Assembly (NCBI RefSeq): GCF_002113885.1
Contig: NW_018408532.1
Location: 668,685 to 732,684 of the forward strand
DNA: 64,000 nt
DNA from: Mizuhopecten yessoensis
Taxonomy: Eukaryota
Direction of reading: 5' to 3'
The notes under the pieces were generated by a model. The model was not told where the DNA came from and searched no databases. It was given only the letters and a program-made list of their open reading frames with translations. This document shows, piece after piece, positions 41,662 to 54,447 of this stretch. Every line of letters starts with the position of its first letter. Within the stretch, counting starts at the first letter, position 1. Position numbers and translations under genes: made by a program.

Positions 41662-42881
41662 TGAACACAGTAGATTAAGACGGCAGTTAAGATAGGAGAC
41701 TAAGATTTTAGTTCGAGAAAGAAGGTTAAGGACACATGTAGGACGTGAAGATAGTCTGTTCATATTAGCCAAGAAGACAGATAATGACAGAAAGGTAAAA
41801 TAAGTTCCAGGCAGGAGAAAAGAAATCTGAGCATATCTTGATCTATGTTCTCCGTTCCGTAAACTGCACTCTGCTACGTCACAGAACGGAGCGTAGATCC
41901 AGATATGGTATTTGCTTAATGTAGGATGTTAAGACTCGAAGTAAAGAAAGGGGTTTAAGTGAAAAGGTTGTGAAAGAATTAAGATAGGAGATAAAGACTG
42001 GATGTTAAGCCTGAATGACAATTTAAGATAAGAAGATAAAAGATAAATGGAGAGGAGGTAGAGAAAGGGGGTTACAGTATTTTAGGGGTTTAAGACAGGA
42101 AATTAAGATGAAGATGAGACAATCCGCTTTGACAGGAGGATAGCGCAGGATGACGCGATTTTCTAAGAGGTGTTGACCCAGTTGTTGTCTTACGGAACAC
42201 TTTCATTAAGAAATGTTTTTATATCATTCACGAATTTATTTCAGAGCAACGAGACTCCATTGCATGTATAATTCGACCGGACATTAATATGGGATTTGAA
42301 ATGTTGCGGTCGGTATGTGTGTGTGAGAAAAAGATAAGAATACGAACATCTTAATTCACACTTACAGTATGCATCATGACAGTCGACAAGGTATTCGTCG
42401 GTATTTGTCCTAACTAAACCCTCACCACTAGATTAATGTTTTATGGTAATTAGACAGTTGCATTATAATGAACAGCACAGATAAATAAATAGTTAAATTA
42501 TGGAGATTGGGAATTGTTTTGTTTGTGTATTCCCAGTATCTTATAATTCTTCATCATAAATGTTTCATAAAGCGTCTCCTTTTTATCCTTTCAGAGCCTT
42601 TCCGAGTTAAGACCAACACCGCTAACTGTGACTTTGGAATTCAACACCAGGGATAAAACACCAGTTAGCCTTGATTCCGTTTTTGCGTGTGCGCATCAGA
42701 GGGCTACAAAAGATATCAACGATATTGGACGGACTGGGAGTGTTACAAAGAACGCGAGAAGTTCCAACGTTTAATATAAAAGAATCATGTTTACAAATGA
42801 CACTTTGATGTAACAATCATCAAATCTGTGTCAATAGTAGAATAGACGAGTTACCATTGTGTACTTGATGTTGTTCACGGA

Positions 42882-43997
42882 ATGCTAAATACAACGGCGG
42901 AAGTGAACTGCACTGCCCTGTTGGAGGGCAAACCGGGTCCCCCGCCATTTTATTCGATTGAGGTTCGGGCGGTACTCGGTCTCGTCCTGACGTTATTTCC
43001 GGTGTTGACATTTTTCGGAAACGCGCTTGTGATAGTAGCTGTTTTCACGCATAAGCGCCTGCGCACCATCACCAATGTGTTCGTTGTGTCGCTAGCGCTG
43101 GCCGACTGCATGGTGGCGCTATCGGTCATGCCGTTCGGAGTCTATCAGCAGCTAAGCAATAAGTCATGGGCGCTTGGCCACACACTGTGTCTTGTATCGA
43201 CGAGTTTAGACGTTATGTTTACGACGACTTCCATCATACATCTGTCCTGTCTCGCCATCGACAGATACCTCGCCATCTGTCGTCCCTTCCTACATGAACG
43301 ACTCAACAATTCCGTGATCGCTGGCATGATCGTGTGTTGTTGGTTCACGCCAATATTGATATCATTTGTTCCTATAATGAACGAGTGGAACCTGTTCGGA
43401 ATCGAGGATTTGTACGGGTGTTTTTTTCCGGATGACACAACCTGTGGTTTCCTTGTCAACACAACGTTTGCTGTCGTGTGTTCCACTATAGCTTTTTACC
43501 TCCCTACAGTATTTATGATTGTGTGCAACGTACGAATATTTTTAGCAGCAGAAAAACAAGCAAAACATATCCGTAGTTTAGAACTGCACTTGCACAAGCA
43601 CCAGACTGGAAAATTCAAACGGGAGACCAAAGCTGCAAAGACGATCTCGATCATTATGGGATGTTTCTGTGTGTGCTGGTTTCCTTTTTTCATTCTTAAC
43701 ATCATAGACCCAATACTTGGCTACACAACTCCATACATCCCTTGGACAGTGGCCCTGTGGCTAGGGTATCTCAACTCCATGCTCAATCCCTTCCTCTATT
43801 ACAACTTTAACAGGGGTTTCAGAATGGCGTTCAGACGATTGCTCACCTTCAAGGTGTGTCGAGGGGTGAGTGAGTTTGAGGACGAATACGTCAGCGTGGC
43901 TAACTTATCAACGGAAGTGACGCACAATGGCCATAGTCCAGCAAATACTGAGGTTTCGAACCCAATGTCCACAGAACTATCAGATCTTAGCACTTAA
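42882..43997 (+). CDS. HTR4: 5-HT4-like GPCR, copy 2 (identical protein; probably the same locus assembled twice)
   Basis: The translation is identical to 37221-38336 and lies within the duplicated block. Confidence 0.85.
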   Translation: MLNTTAEVNCTALLEGKPGPPPFYSIEVRAVLGLVLTLFPVLTFFGNALVIVAVFTHKRLRTITNVFVVSLALADCMVALSVMPFGVYQQLSNKSWALGHTLCLVSTSLDVMFTTTSIIHLSCLAIDRYLAICRPFLHERLNNSVIAGMIVCCWFTPILISFVPIMNEWNLFGIEDLYGCFFPDDTTCGFLVNTTFAVVCSTIAFYLPTVFMIVCNVRIFLAAEKQAKHIRSLELHLHKHQTGKFKRETKAAKTISIIMGCFCVCWFPFFILNIIDPILGYTTPYIPWTVALWLGYLNSMLNPFLYYNFNRGFRMAFRRLLTFKVCRGVSEFEDEYVSVANLSTEVTHNGHSPANTEVSNPMSTELSDLST

Positions 43998-44507
43998 TAA
44001 TGGAGTAGTGTAGTAATAATATGTATGTGCTTTCATTATTTTTACTTACAAATTAACAAACTTGATTAACATTGTTATGTGAGGTTCGCTATTTTTAACG
44101 GTGCCATTCTTGCTTATTTTTTTTTTAAAGATGTACACATTTTAATAAACTCGCAAATAGGCAGGGTGTCTTCAAACCCGGTGCATTTTGCGTATTTTAC
44201 TGATGAAATGTATCATTACTTAATTCTCGAGGATAATGAAAAACTTAAGGATATGCCATGTACTGGCATGCAATACCAGAATCGAATTGGCGATATGCTC
44301 ACATGCTTTTTATTGGGAATGTTTAAGGTTCCCGTACCACTGCCAGAAAATGCAACTTCAAATTGAAGACTTTTTAAATGCATGACTTTAACTATAATTA
44401 TTTATGAAAAGAAACCGATTCAGAGTAGAACTTTTATGGAGAAAAAATGAATGGCATTTAAAAAAGGCAGTAACAACAGTACTCCTAAAGTAAACGGAGC
44501 CACAAGA

Positions 44508-44771
44508 GGGCCTGTATTCATGAAACTGATCTCAAGCTCAAACCCAAATTCTGGGATCAAGCCCAATTTCTTCTCCTGGTCATAAATTTATAAAATTTAA
44601 CTTTTGTCAATTAATTTGTATAATTGTACAAAGACTAACAGTCGAATAACGCTTAAAATGTTTACGCTTGATATTTCGATCGTGTCACATGATTAAAGCG
44701 GGTAACAAAACAATTGGTTTGAGCACAAAATCCATGCTTGAGCAATAGAACGTTTACATAAATGCGAGCCT
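44508..44771 (+). mobile_element. MITE, duplicate of 38847-39110
   Basis: Identical copy at offset 5661. Confidence 0.6.
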
Positions 44772-44822
44772 AGGATTCGAACCCAGGTCCTCTGATCATA
44801 CACAGGAACTCTGTGTTCAGCA

Positions 44823-46492
44823 GTAGTTCCTCGGCCAGGTCCCTCTACAGTTATAGCCAAAGCGAGGTTGAGGGGGTAGTTTCTTGGCCAGGTCCTTCTA
44901 CAGTTTTATCCAAAACGAGGTTAAGGGGGGTAGTTCCTTGACCAGGTCCTTCTACAGTTATATCCAAAATGAGGTTAAGGGGATAGTTCCTTGGCCAGGT
45001 CCCTCTACAGTTATATCCAAAACGAGGTTAAGGGGCTAGTCCCTTGGCCAGGTCCCTCTGTAGTTCCTTGGCCAGGACCCTCTACAGTTATATCCAAAAC
45101 GAGGTCAAGGGGATAGTTCCTTGACCAGATCCCTCTACAGTTATATTCAAACCGAGGTTAAGGGGGTAGTTCCTTGGCCAGGTCCCGCTACAGTTATATC
45201 CAAAAGGAGTTTAAGGTGCTAGTTCCTTGGCGAGGTCCCTCTGTAGTTCCTTGGCCAGGTCCCTCTACAGTTATATCCAAAACGAGGTTAAGGGGCTAGT
45301 CCCTTGGCCAGGTCCCTCTGTAGTTCCTTGGCCAGGTCCCTCTACAGGTATATCCAAAACGAGGTTAAGGGGCTAGTCCCTTGGCCAGGTCCCTCTGTAG
45401 TTCCTTGGCCAGGTCCCTCTACAGGTATATCCAAAACGAGGTTAAGGGGCTAGTCCCTTGGCCAGGTCCCTCTGTAGTTCCTTGGCCAGGTCCCTCTACA
45501 GTTATATCGAAAACGAGGTTAAGGGGCTAGTTCCTTGGCCAGGTCCCTCTGTAGATCCTTGGCCAGGTCCCTCTACAGTTATATCGAAAACGAGGTTAAG
45601 GGGCTAGTTCCTTGGCCAGGTCCCTCTGTAGATCCTTGGCCAGGTCCCTCTACAGTTATATCGAAAACGAGGTTAAGGGGCTAGTTCCTTTGCCAGGTCC
45701 CTCTGTAGTTCCTTAGCTAAGTCCCTCTACAGTTATATCCGAAACGAGGTTTAGGGGGTAGTTCATTGGCCTGGTCCCTCTACAGTTATATCCAAAACGA
45801 GGTTAAGGGGCTAGTTCCTTTGCCAGGTCCCTGTGTAGTTCCTTGGCTAGGTCCCTCTTCAGTTATATCCAAAACGAGGTTTAGGGGGTAGTTCCTTGGC
45901 CCGGTCCCTCTACAGTTATATCAGAAACGAGGTTTAGGGGGTAGTTACTTGGCCTGGTCCATCTACAGTTATATCCAAAACCAGGTTAAGGGGCTAGTTC
46001 CTTTGCCAGGTCCCTCTGTAGTTCCTTGGCTAGGTCCCTCTACAGTTATATCCGAAACGAGGTTTAGGGGGTAGTTCCTTGGCCTGGTCCCTCTACAGTT
46101 ATATCCAAAACGAGGTTAAGGGGATAGTTCCTTGACCAGATCCCTCTACAGTTATATTAAAAACGAGGTTAAGGGGGTAGTTCCTTGGCCAGGTCCCTCT
46201 ACAGTTATATCCAAAACGAGGTTAATGGGGTAGTTCCTTGGCCAGGTCCCTCTACAGTTATATCCAAAACGAGGTTAAGGGGTAGTTCCTTTGCCAGGTC
46301 CCTCTACAGTTATATCCAAAACGAGGTTAAGGGGGTAGTTTCTTGGCCAGGTCCCTCTACAGTTATATCCAAAACGAGGTTAATGGGGTAGTTCCTTGGC
46401 CATGTCCCTCTACATTTATATCCAAAACGAGGTTAAGGGGATAGTTCCTTTGCCAGGTCCCTCTACAGTTATATCCAAAACAAAGTTAAGGG
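44823..46492. repeat. 53/77-bp minisatellite, complete array
   Basis: Same 53-bp unit, plus a 77-bp variant made by a 24-bp partial duplication (CTGTAG recurs at 45241, 45318 and 45395). Confidence 0.95.
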
Positions 46493-46894
46493 AAGGCTAC
46501 TTTATAGATGAAAAAAAACCTACTATGAAGTTCTTTTGTTTTTGTCTGCAGTAAAATAGGGAACTTTAAACACAAATAGTTTCGAAAGATATGTTGGGAT
46601 GGAAAATGAGCAGACGCATGCAGATTAAAATGACGTTTTTGGTACAATACCAATATGTTGGAAAACCCATCAGGCTATGGAACACAAGTTTAAGTGGATA
46701 GCACAACAGACACATTGGTACAAAAAGATCACCAAATTTTCAAATTAAACAATTTACAAATCTTGTTACACAAGAACATATCATGATATATGATATATGT
46801 TGATTTTATCGCGTGATGATAAAACTTTAAGATAAATTAATACAAACCATTGTTAATTTGAAGAAAGAAAATGAAAATGTAAACATATAATTTA

Positions 46895-47115
46895 TGCCGT
46901 GCTCAAACAAATATTCTCGTAACTCGCTTAGATCATGTCAAACGATTAAAACGTCAAATGAAAACATTGAAAACAGTTTTCGACTTTACTCTTCAAAGTT
47001 TTTCCAAATCATTGACAAAATGACTTTGTATTATCAAGTTATAACCGGAACAAAAATCAGGCTTGGGCACAAACTCCAAGCTTGAGCATGAGAACGGTTT
47101 CATGTATAAAGGTCC
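46895..47115 (-). mobile_element. Diverged MITE of the same family as 38847-39110, inverted
   Basis: The reverse complement (GGACCTTTATACATGAAACCGTTCTCATGCTCAAGC...TTTTGTCAAT...GTTTGAGCAC) aligns colinearly with 38847-39065. Confidence 0.65.
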
Positions 47116-49818
47116 AGGTGTTTACCAATAGGTCTAGTTAACGTCACGTGTCACATCAGACTTTCACTGACAATACTATTCTACAATATAGTAGCATTAT
47201 ATCATATTTCACTTCTATGGGTAAACAGTAAACTACAACGGTACATATACAATACCACTGTTTTCACTTTTAGTTCTAATGTCACCTTTACAACACAGTA
47301 ATGTACATGTAACTAACTCAACAGGCACGGTAAATTGCAAATCCATGCTTATTGTATGGACATATGTTAAGTCAAGGAAACTTCTCGTCAACTAGAAAGT
47401 AGAATTTTGACTATAGCAAACTAATTGTTGATGCTCCCTGGGGTACGTTTTGGAGAGACCAATTTGCCATGTTAGCGTGAATTTCATCTTTATTACATAT
47501 AGATGCAAAAATAAACTGCACAATTTTATATTGCTTCTTTTGTCAAAATACATACTCTGATTTTGGTGAAAATCAAATTTAAGTCAAACTTCACATTAAT
47601 AGAGCGAAAATGTGTTTAAACATACACTATTCTTGGCTTGATATTGCGTATTTCATTCATCAGAAACAACCCTTATTAATATAAAGGATATAACGCTTGC
47701 TCAGTTGAGGTTTAAAAAAGTACAAAACTAAATATCGCAAAATATTTGCTTTTCATTAAAATTTTGAATCATGTAAAAACTTTGAACATTTGAATCTTGT
47801 ACGGGCTCAGTGTGCCAGCTATTAAATAAGTAAACATACATATATTGTAATATAAAACATCGTTGCCTGGCCAAGACAGGGAGTCTTGACTACTTCTTCA
47901 CTTGTCATGTATATATAGAGCTACACAGCGTTTTCTTTCTTTTCTACAAAAACTCAGCCTGCATCTTATCGGAATTCTCAAAGTTTTGTTCTCAAATAAA
48001 CAAAACACTTGAAACTTAAACTTGAAATTAAAGAACGTATATCAATGAATATTTTCTGAGATTAGAACATACGGCTGAATATCCATGTTATCGCTGTAGA
48101 CAGGAGGAAGCATACGAACCTTTTGACGTTTCTTATTAGATCACGTGACAGAAATTATTTTTATTTGTCGTAAGAAAACTTAAGTTAATAACAACGCCTT
48201 CCTTAAAGTTGTATCAAAGTAAAACGGAGACAACTAGAATTCCAATTTAAAACTTATAATTTCCATCTCAAATGTTACGATTGATGTTTATTTTCATCAA
48301 AAAAGTGCCAAATATCTTAGCCTTTTTAAGAGCAAAATTGATTGAAAAATATTGATATATAACGTCAAACAAACGTACATATAGTTTATTAGAAATATAA
48401 AAAATATTTGTTTGATATGAAATAAAGCAAATTACTAAGAGATTCAATTTACAATGACCGAAATTATAACAGAACTTGCATGTACTACGTAGACATGGAA
48501 AGATGATATTAGTCTTTCAGTGGAACGACATGCTAATTTAACGAAAGCCGAAAAAAGTCATTCATAAACCAGCCAAGGGTTTGGTTTTCCCTTTGTCTTC
48601 AATGGGAGGTAACCGAGGTTTATTGCTGGGAAAGTAACACATTTAAAAACTCCGGCTATTTTTGTTCTGACCTTTGACCCCTATGACCTTACTCGAACTT
48701 TATACTATTGACAAAATCGTCATTGTGACTGTGATTTATACTGTCCTTAATATAAAGAAGCAGAAAAAATCGACATTATCGACATTAAGCGAACTAAATA
48801 GCTTTGTTCCTTGATTGAGCACAAATTCACTGTAGAAATTTGTTTTTGTGCACCCATGATCACGGATTGTCAAGTTCTGTAATGAATCTCGGACACATAC
48901 ATCACCGAAACGTTCTCTTTGACTAAGTGTACTTTAAATAGTTTAAAAAATCCTAAGTTCTATTTCCGTGAAGGCATCAGTCCCTGTCGAGGTGTTTTAA
49001 TTGGTAGGTACGCGGCACTGCTGCTGTTCTGGATGATGGATGTATCGGGTAACACAGCGACATCTACAGGACAGGGGACATAACTCTATACCACAGGTCA
49101 TCATTCAACGAGAAACACGCCGATCCATTCCAACTGTCGAACAACAAAGTGAGGCATTTAACAACTGACAAACTGCTGATCTCGTCAAGTAAGGGGTGTA
49201 AATTGTCAGTTACATGATTCACCGTACTCTCAATCACGGGATAGCTCACGGCAGGTGCAGGCAAGAATTGATATACACAGCGCGTGCCCAGGTTATAAAT
49301 AACACACATAAACAAAATGGATTTACCATAACAAAAGTCAAAACAATCGTTATTCGGCACACAACTGTATCTCTTTATTTGAATAACCCTCGTTTGTGTC
49401 AACTTTGAAATAGTTATGTGGGATTACAATTGCCTAGGTCATAGACTACATTTTATAACTTTGATTGTTTAGAGTTATTTCACTGGAAATGCTATTTAAT
49501 TTCTTCAGATTTAGCAACGCATTCGTTCTTTTGTACCATTTGAATGAGTCATTAATTCTTGTGTACCTTTCGATGTGTGCTCAATTCTTGCGTAGCTTCC
49601 AAATGTACCATATCATAGTTTTACTTAATTCGCAAACTATGCATTACTGCGACTCGTTTAATACGTACACTGTTTGTGTATAAAGTAAAACTTTGATATT
49701 ACATATTTCCAAACTGGTGAATCGTATTCAAGATATTTCGAAAGTACTATTTTCAAATAATTTAGACTGAATAACCAGTAAAACACACATCGCAGACGTG
49801 TACCGAATATTTAGCCTT

Positions 49819-49885
49819 TTGTTTGTTTGTTTGTTTGTTTTGGTTTACCGTCCTCGCAACAGCCAGGGTCGTACGGGGACGGCAT
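49819..49885 (-). mobile_element. SINE 3' tail fragment
   Basis: (GTTT)n TGGTTTACCGTCCTCGCAACAGCCAGGGTC is the reverse complement of the shared SINE tail. Confidence 0.65.
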
Positions 49886-50999
49886 CAGTCCTGAACAAAA
49901 TATAAGTATTAATTATAAATGGACAATACGCCCAATGTTTTTGTTTTCATATTTTCAAATTTCAAATCAAGTTGCCTAGATATTTAATTCATACGGTTAA
50001 CAAATTCATATTTTCAAAGTATATGTACTATTTGGCATCGGTATCAAGTGTTCGCTACCTTTCGTCTATGATATGTATTGGTTATATTTTTTTTCTATTT
50101 CGCAACTTGAAATTATTTATATAAAAAAAAAAAAGTAAAATAAAGTCAGCGTCACAATGTCATATAAACCGAATTCTGTATATAATACATAACCATCGAT
50201 ACAATGAAACTAGACTTACAACAAAGGCCACGCTGCATACATTTCTTAGTTGATTTCCGTGATCGATGTCGACTGCTGACGGACAGGCCTTATGACATAT
50301 GGCTCCCAGAGTAGCAGGTTGATGGAGACAATGGAGAATTTACGTGGTCGCCATGATACTCTTATTGTTAAATATTCCCTTTCTTTGTGAGATACGAAGG
50401 TCGATGAAGGTGATGATGCTCAGCAGTGTGCCGAGTTGTCTCGTCTCACTACCTCAATTCTCTCTTGGAGGTAGTGATATTAACTCGATCTGACCTAGAT
50501 TTACGTAGCATGTGTTGTCAATGAAGCAGAAGACGCTTACCCTTACGGAATCCCTGGTCTCATTTTCCTAATATTCTATTCTTTGGTCCTCGTGTCAACC
50601 TTTCAATTGTTCGTCGGTAATCTTGCGTTGTTTACATTCAACCTTTGTCAGTCGGAACCCCGTTTAATCTTCCCTAGTCGTGTTTATATTCCACATGTTT
50701 AACTGTGCTAAAAGGGAGCGCTTTTTTATTGTACACATGATCAATACGAATTCAAAAGTATATGACCCAAAATGTCAACGAAGTCAACGAAATATATAAA
50801 ACAAAAATTAACCCAAATTTAAATCGAAAGTAATACATGTACAACCAAGATCTAGATTTACAACTGAAAACCGGTGACATTGAATGATTCCTATACGAGC
50901 TGAGTAGAATGAGATTGTGATTGTGATGAGCCTGTGTTCGTGATGAGCCTGTGATTTCCTCTCTCGGATTAAGTAGCATTGTCCTACATGTATGGTTCC

Positions 51000-53900
51000 C
51001 AATCTCGAGCCGACCGGAACGAGTTGGTTGATACTGGTTTACACTCTCGAGCTGAGTAGAATTGGTTGTTTCACACTCTCGAGCTGAGTAAAATTGGTTG
51101 TTTCACACTCTCGAGCTGAGTAGAATTGGCTGGTTCACACTCTCGGGCTTAATAGAATAGGTTGGTTCACACTCTCGAGCTGAAAAATATTGGTTGTTTC
51201 ACACTCTCGAGCTGAGTAAAATGGGTTGTTTCATACTCTCGAGCTGAGTAGAATTGGTTGGTTCACACTCTCGAGCTGAGTAGAATTGGTTGTTTCACAC
51301 TCTCGAGCTGAGTAGAATTGGTTGTTTCACACTATCGAGCTGAGTAGAATTGGCTGGTCACACTCTCGAGCTGAGTAGAATTTGTTGGTTCACATTCTGG
51401 AGCTGATTAGAATTGGTTGGTTCACGCTCTCGAGCTGAGTAGAATTGGTTGGTTCATCTTCTCGAGCTGAGAAGAATTGGTTGGTTCACACTCTCGAGCT
51501 GAGTAGAATTGTCTGGTTCACACTCTCGAGCTGAGTAGAATTGGTTGGTTCACCTTCTCGATCTGAGTAGAATTGGTTGGTTCACACTCTCGAGCTGATT
51601 AGAATTGGCTGGTTCACACTCTCGAGCTGAAAAATATTGGTTGTTTCACACTCTCGAGCTGAGTAAAATGGGTTGTTTCATACTCTCGAGCTGAGTAGAA
51701 TTGGTTGTTTCACACTCTCGCGCTGAGTAGAATTGGTTGTTTCACACTACCGAGCTGAGTAGAATTGGCTGGTCACACTCTCGGGCTGAGTAGAATTTGT
51801 TGGTTCACATTCTTTCGCTGATTAGCCTTGTTTGGTTCACTCTCTCGAGCTGATTAGAATTGGCTGGTTCACACTCTCGAGCTGAGTAGGATTGGTTGGT
51901 TCACCTTCTCGATCTGAGTAGAATTGGTTGGTTCACAATCTCGAGCTGAGAAAATTAGGTTGGTTCACTCTCTCGAGCTGATTAGAATTGGCTGGTTCAC
52001 ACCCTCGAGCTGAGTAGAATTGGTTTTTTCACACTCTCGAGCTGAGTAGTATTTGTTGGTTCACACTCTGAAGCTGAGAAAAATAGCTTGATTCACACTC
52101 TCGAGCTGATTAGATTTGGCTGGTTCACACTCTCGAGCTGAGTAGGATTGGTTGGTTCACCTTCTCGGTCTGAGTAGAATTGGTTGGTTCACACCCTCGA
52201 GCTGAGTAGAATTGGTTTTTTCACACTCTCGAGCTGAGTAAAATGGGTTGTTTCATACTCACGAGCTGAGTAGAATTGGTTGTTTCACACTACCGAGCTG
52301 AGTAGAATTGGCTGGTCACACTCTCGGGCTGAGTAGAATTTGTTGGTTCACATTCTTTCGCTGATTAGCCTTGTTTGGTTCACTCTCTCGAGCTGAGTAG
52401 TATTTGTTGGTTCACACTGTGAAGCTGAGAAAAATAGCTTGATTCACACTCTCGAGCTGACTAGAATTGGTTGTTTCACACTACCGAGCTGAGTAGAATT
52501 GGCTGGTCACACTCTCGGGCTGAGTAGAATTTGTTGGTTCATCTTCTCGAGCTGAGAAGATTTGGTTGGTTCACCCTCTCGAGCTGAGTAGAATTGTCTG
52601 TTTCACACTCTCGAGCTGAGAAGTTTTTGTTGGTTCACACTCTGAAGCTGAGAAAACTAGCTTGATTCACAATCTCGAGCTGAGTAGAATTGGTTGGTCC
52701 ACACTCTCGAGCTGAGTAGACTTGGTTGTTTCACACTCTCTAGCTGAGTAGAATTGGCTGGTCACACTCTCGGGCTGAGTAGAATTTGTTGGTTCACATT
52801 CTGGAGCTGATTAGAATTGGTTGGTTCACGCTCTCGAGCTGAGTAGAATTGGTTTTTTCACACTCTCGAGCTGAGTAAAATGGGTTGTTTCATACTCACG
52901 AGCTGAGTAGAATTGGTTGGTTCACAATCTCGAGCTGCGAAAAATAGCCTGGTTCACACTCTCGAGCTGATTAGAATTGGCTGGGTCACACTCTCGAGCT
53001 GAGTAGGATTGGTTGGTTCACCTTCTCGATCTGGGTAGAATTGGTTGGTTCACACCCTCGAGCTGAAAAATATTGGTTGGTTCACACTCTCGTGCTGAGT
53101 AGAATTGGTTGTTTCGCACTCTCGAGCTGAGTAGAATTTGTTGGTTCACATTCTTTCGCTGATTAGCCTTGTTTGGTTCACTCTCTCGAGCTGAGTAGAA
53201 TTGTCTGTTTCACACTCTCGAGCTGAGAAGGATTTGTTGGTTCACACTCTGAAGCTGAGAAAACTAGCTTGATTCACAATCTCGAGCTGAGTAGAATTGG
53301 CTGGTCACACTCTCGGGCTGAGTAGAATTTGTTGGTTCACATTCTTTCGCTGATTAGCCTTGTTTGGTTCACTCTCTCGAGCTGAGTATGATTATTTGGA
53401 TCATGCTCTCGTGGTGAGTTCAATTGTTGGTTCGTTCACACTCTCGAGCTGAGTAAAATGGGTTGTTTCATACTCACGAGCTGAGTAGAATTGGTTGTTT
53501 CACACTACCGAGCTGAGTAGAATTGGCTGGTCACACTCTCGGGCTGAGTAGAATTTGTTGGTTCACATTCTTTCGCTGATTAGCCTTGTTTGGTTCACTC
53601 TCTCGAGCTGAGTAGTATTTGTTGGCTCACACTCTGAAGCTGAGAAAATTAGGGTGGGTCACACTCTCGAGCTGAGTAGAACTGGTTGGTTCACCTTCTC
53701 GATCTGGGTAGAATTGGTTGGTTCATCTTCTCGTGCTGAGAAGAATTGGTTGGTTCACTCTCTCGAGCTGAGTAGAATTGTCTGTTTCACACTCTCGAGC
53801 TGAGAAGTTTTTGTTGGTTCACACTCTGAAGCTGAGAAAAATAGCTTGATTCACACTCTCGAGCTGAGTATGATTATTTGGATCATGCTCTCGTGGTGAG

Positions 53901-54447
53901 TTCAATTGTTGGTTCATGATGGTTCCCACCTTTAATCTGACTAGAGTTGATTGGTTCACACGCATGAATTGAGTAGATTTGAATTTTTCACTCTGTCGAG
54001 TTGATAAGAATTGGTTGGTTCACACTGTCAAATACTGCACACTCTCGAGCTGAGTAGACTTGGTTGTTTCACACTCTCGAGCTGAGTAAAATGGGTTGTT
54101 TCATACTCACGAGCTGAGTAGAATTGGTTGGTTCACAATCTCGAGCTGAGAAAAATAGCTTGGTTCACACTCTCAAGCTGAGAAGTATTTGTTGGTGCAC
54201 AGTCTGAAGCTGAGAAAAATAGCTTGATTCACACTCTCGAGCTGAGTAGTATTTGTTGGTTCACACTCTCGAGCTGAGTATGATTAGTTGGATCATGCTC
54301 TCGTGGTGAGTTCAATTGTTGGTTCATGATGGTTCCCACCTTTAATCTGACTAGAGTTGATTGGTTCACACGCATGAATTGAGTAGATTTGAATTTTTCA
54401 CTCTGTCGAGTTGATAAGAATTGGTTGGTTCACACTGTCAAATACTG
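51000..54447. repeat. Large 32-bp satellite/minisatellite array, about 3.4 kb and roughly 100 units
   Basis: Unit CACACTCTCGAGCTGAGTAGAATTGGTTGGTT, period 32 (51072, 51104). Most units carry an XhoI site, and variant blocks recur. Confidence 0.97.

Larger units (their letters stand above)
34393..45029. repeat. Tandem duplication of ~5 kb (34393-39368 = 40054-45029) across an N gap; probable assembly artefact
   Basis: The sequence after the single N (40053) restarts at ATGTTCGTCTCGACC, matching 34393. All ORFs in the track recur identically at offset 5661. The first difference I found is at 39369/45030, inside the 53-bp array. Confidence 0.95.

Noticed and set aside
37221-43997. Genuine tandem serotonin receptor gene pair as a novel system
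   Set aside because: Apparent complete identity including neutral DNA, with a junction exactly at an N, makes an assembly artefact far more likely.
51000-54447. CRISPR-like appearance of ~30-bp repeats (also 20019-20262 and 33250-33612)
   Set aside because: Units are head-to-tail with no unique spacers, there are no cas genes, and the context is eukaryotic.
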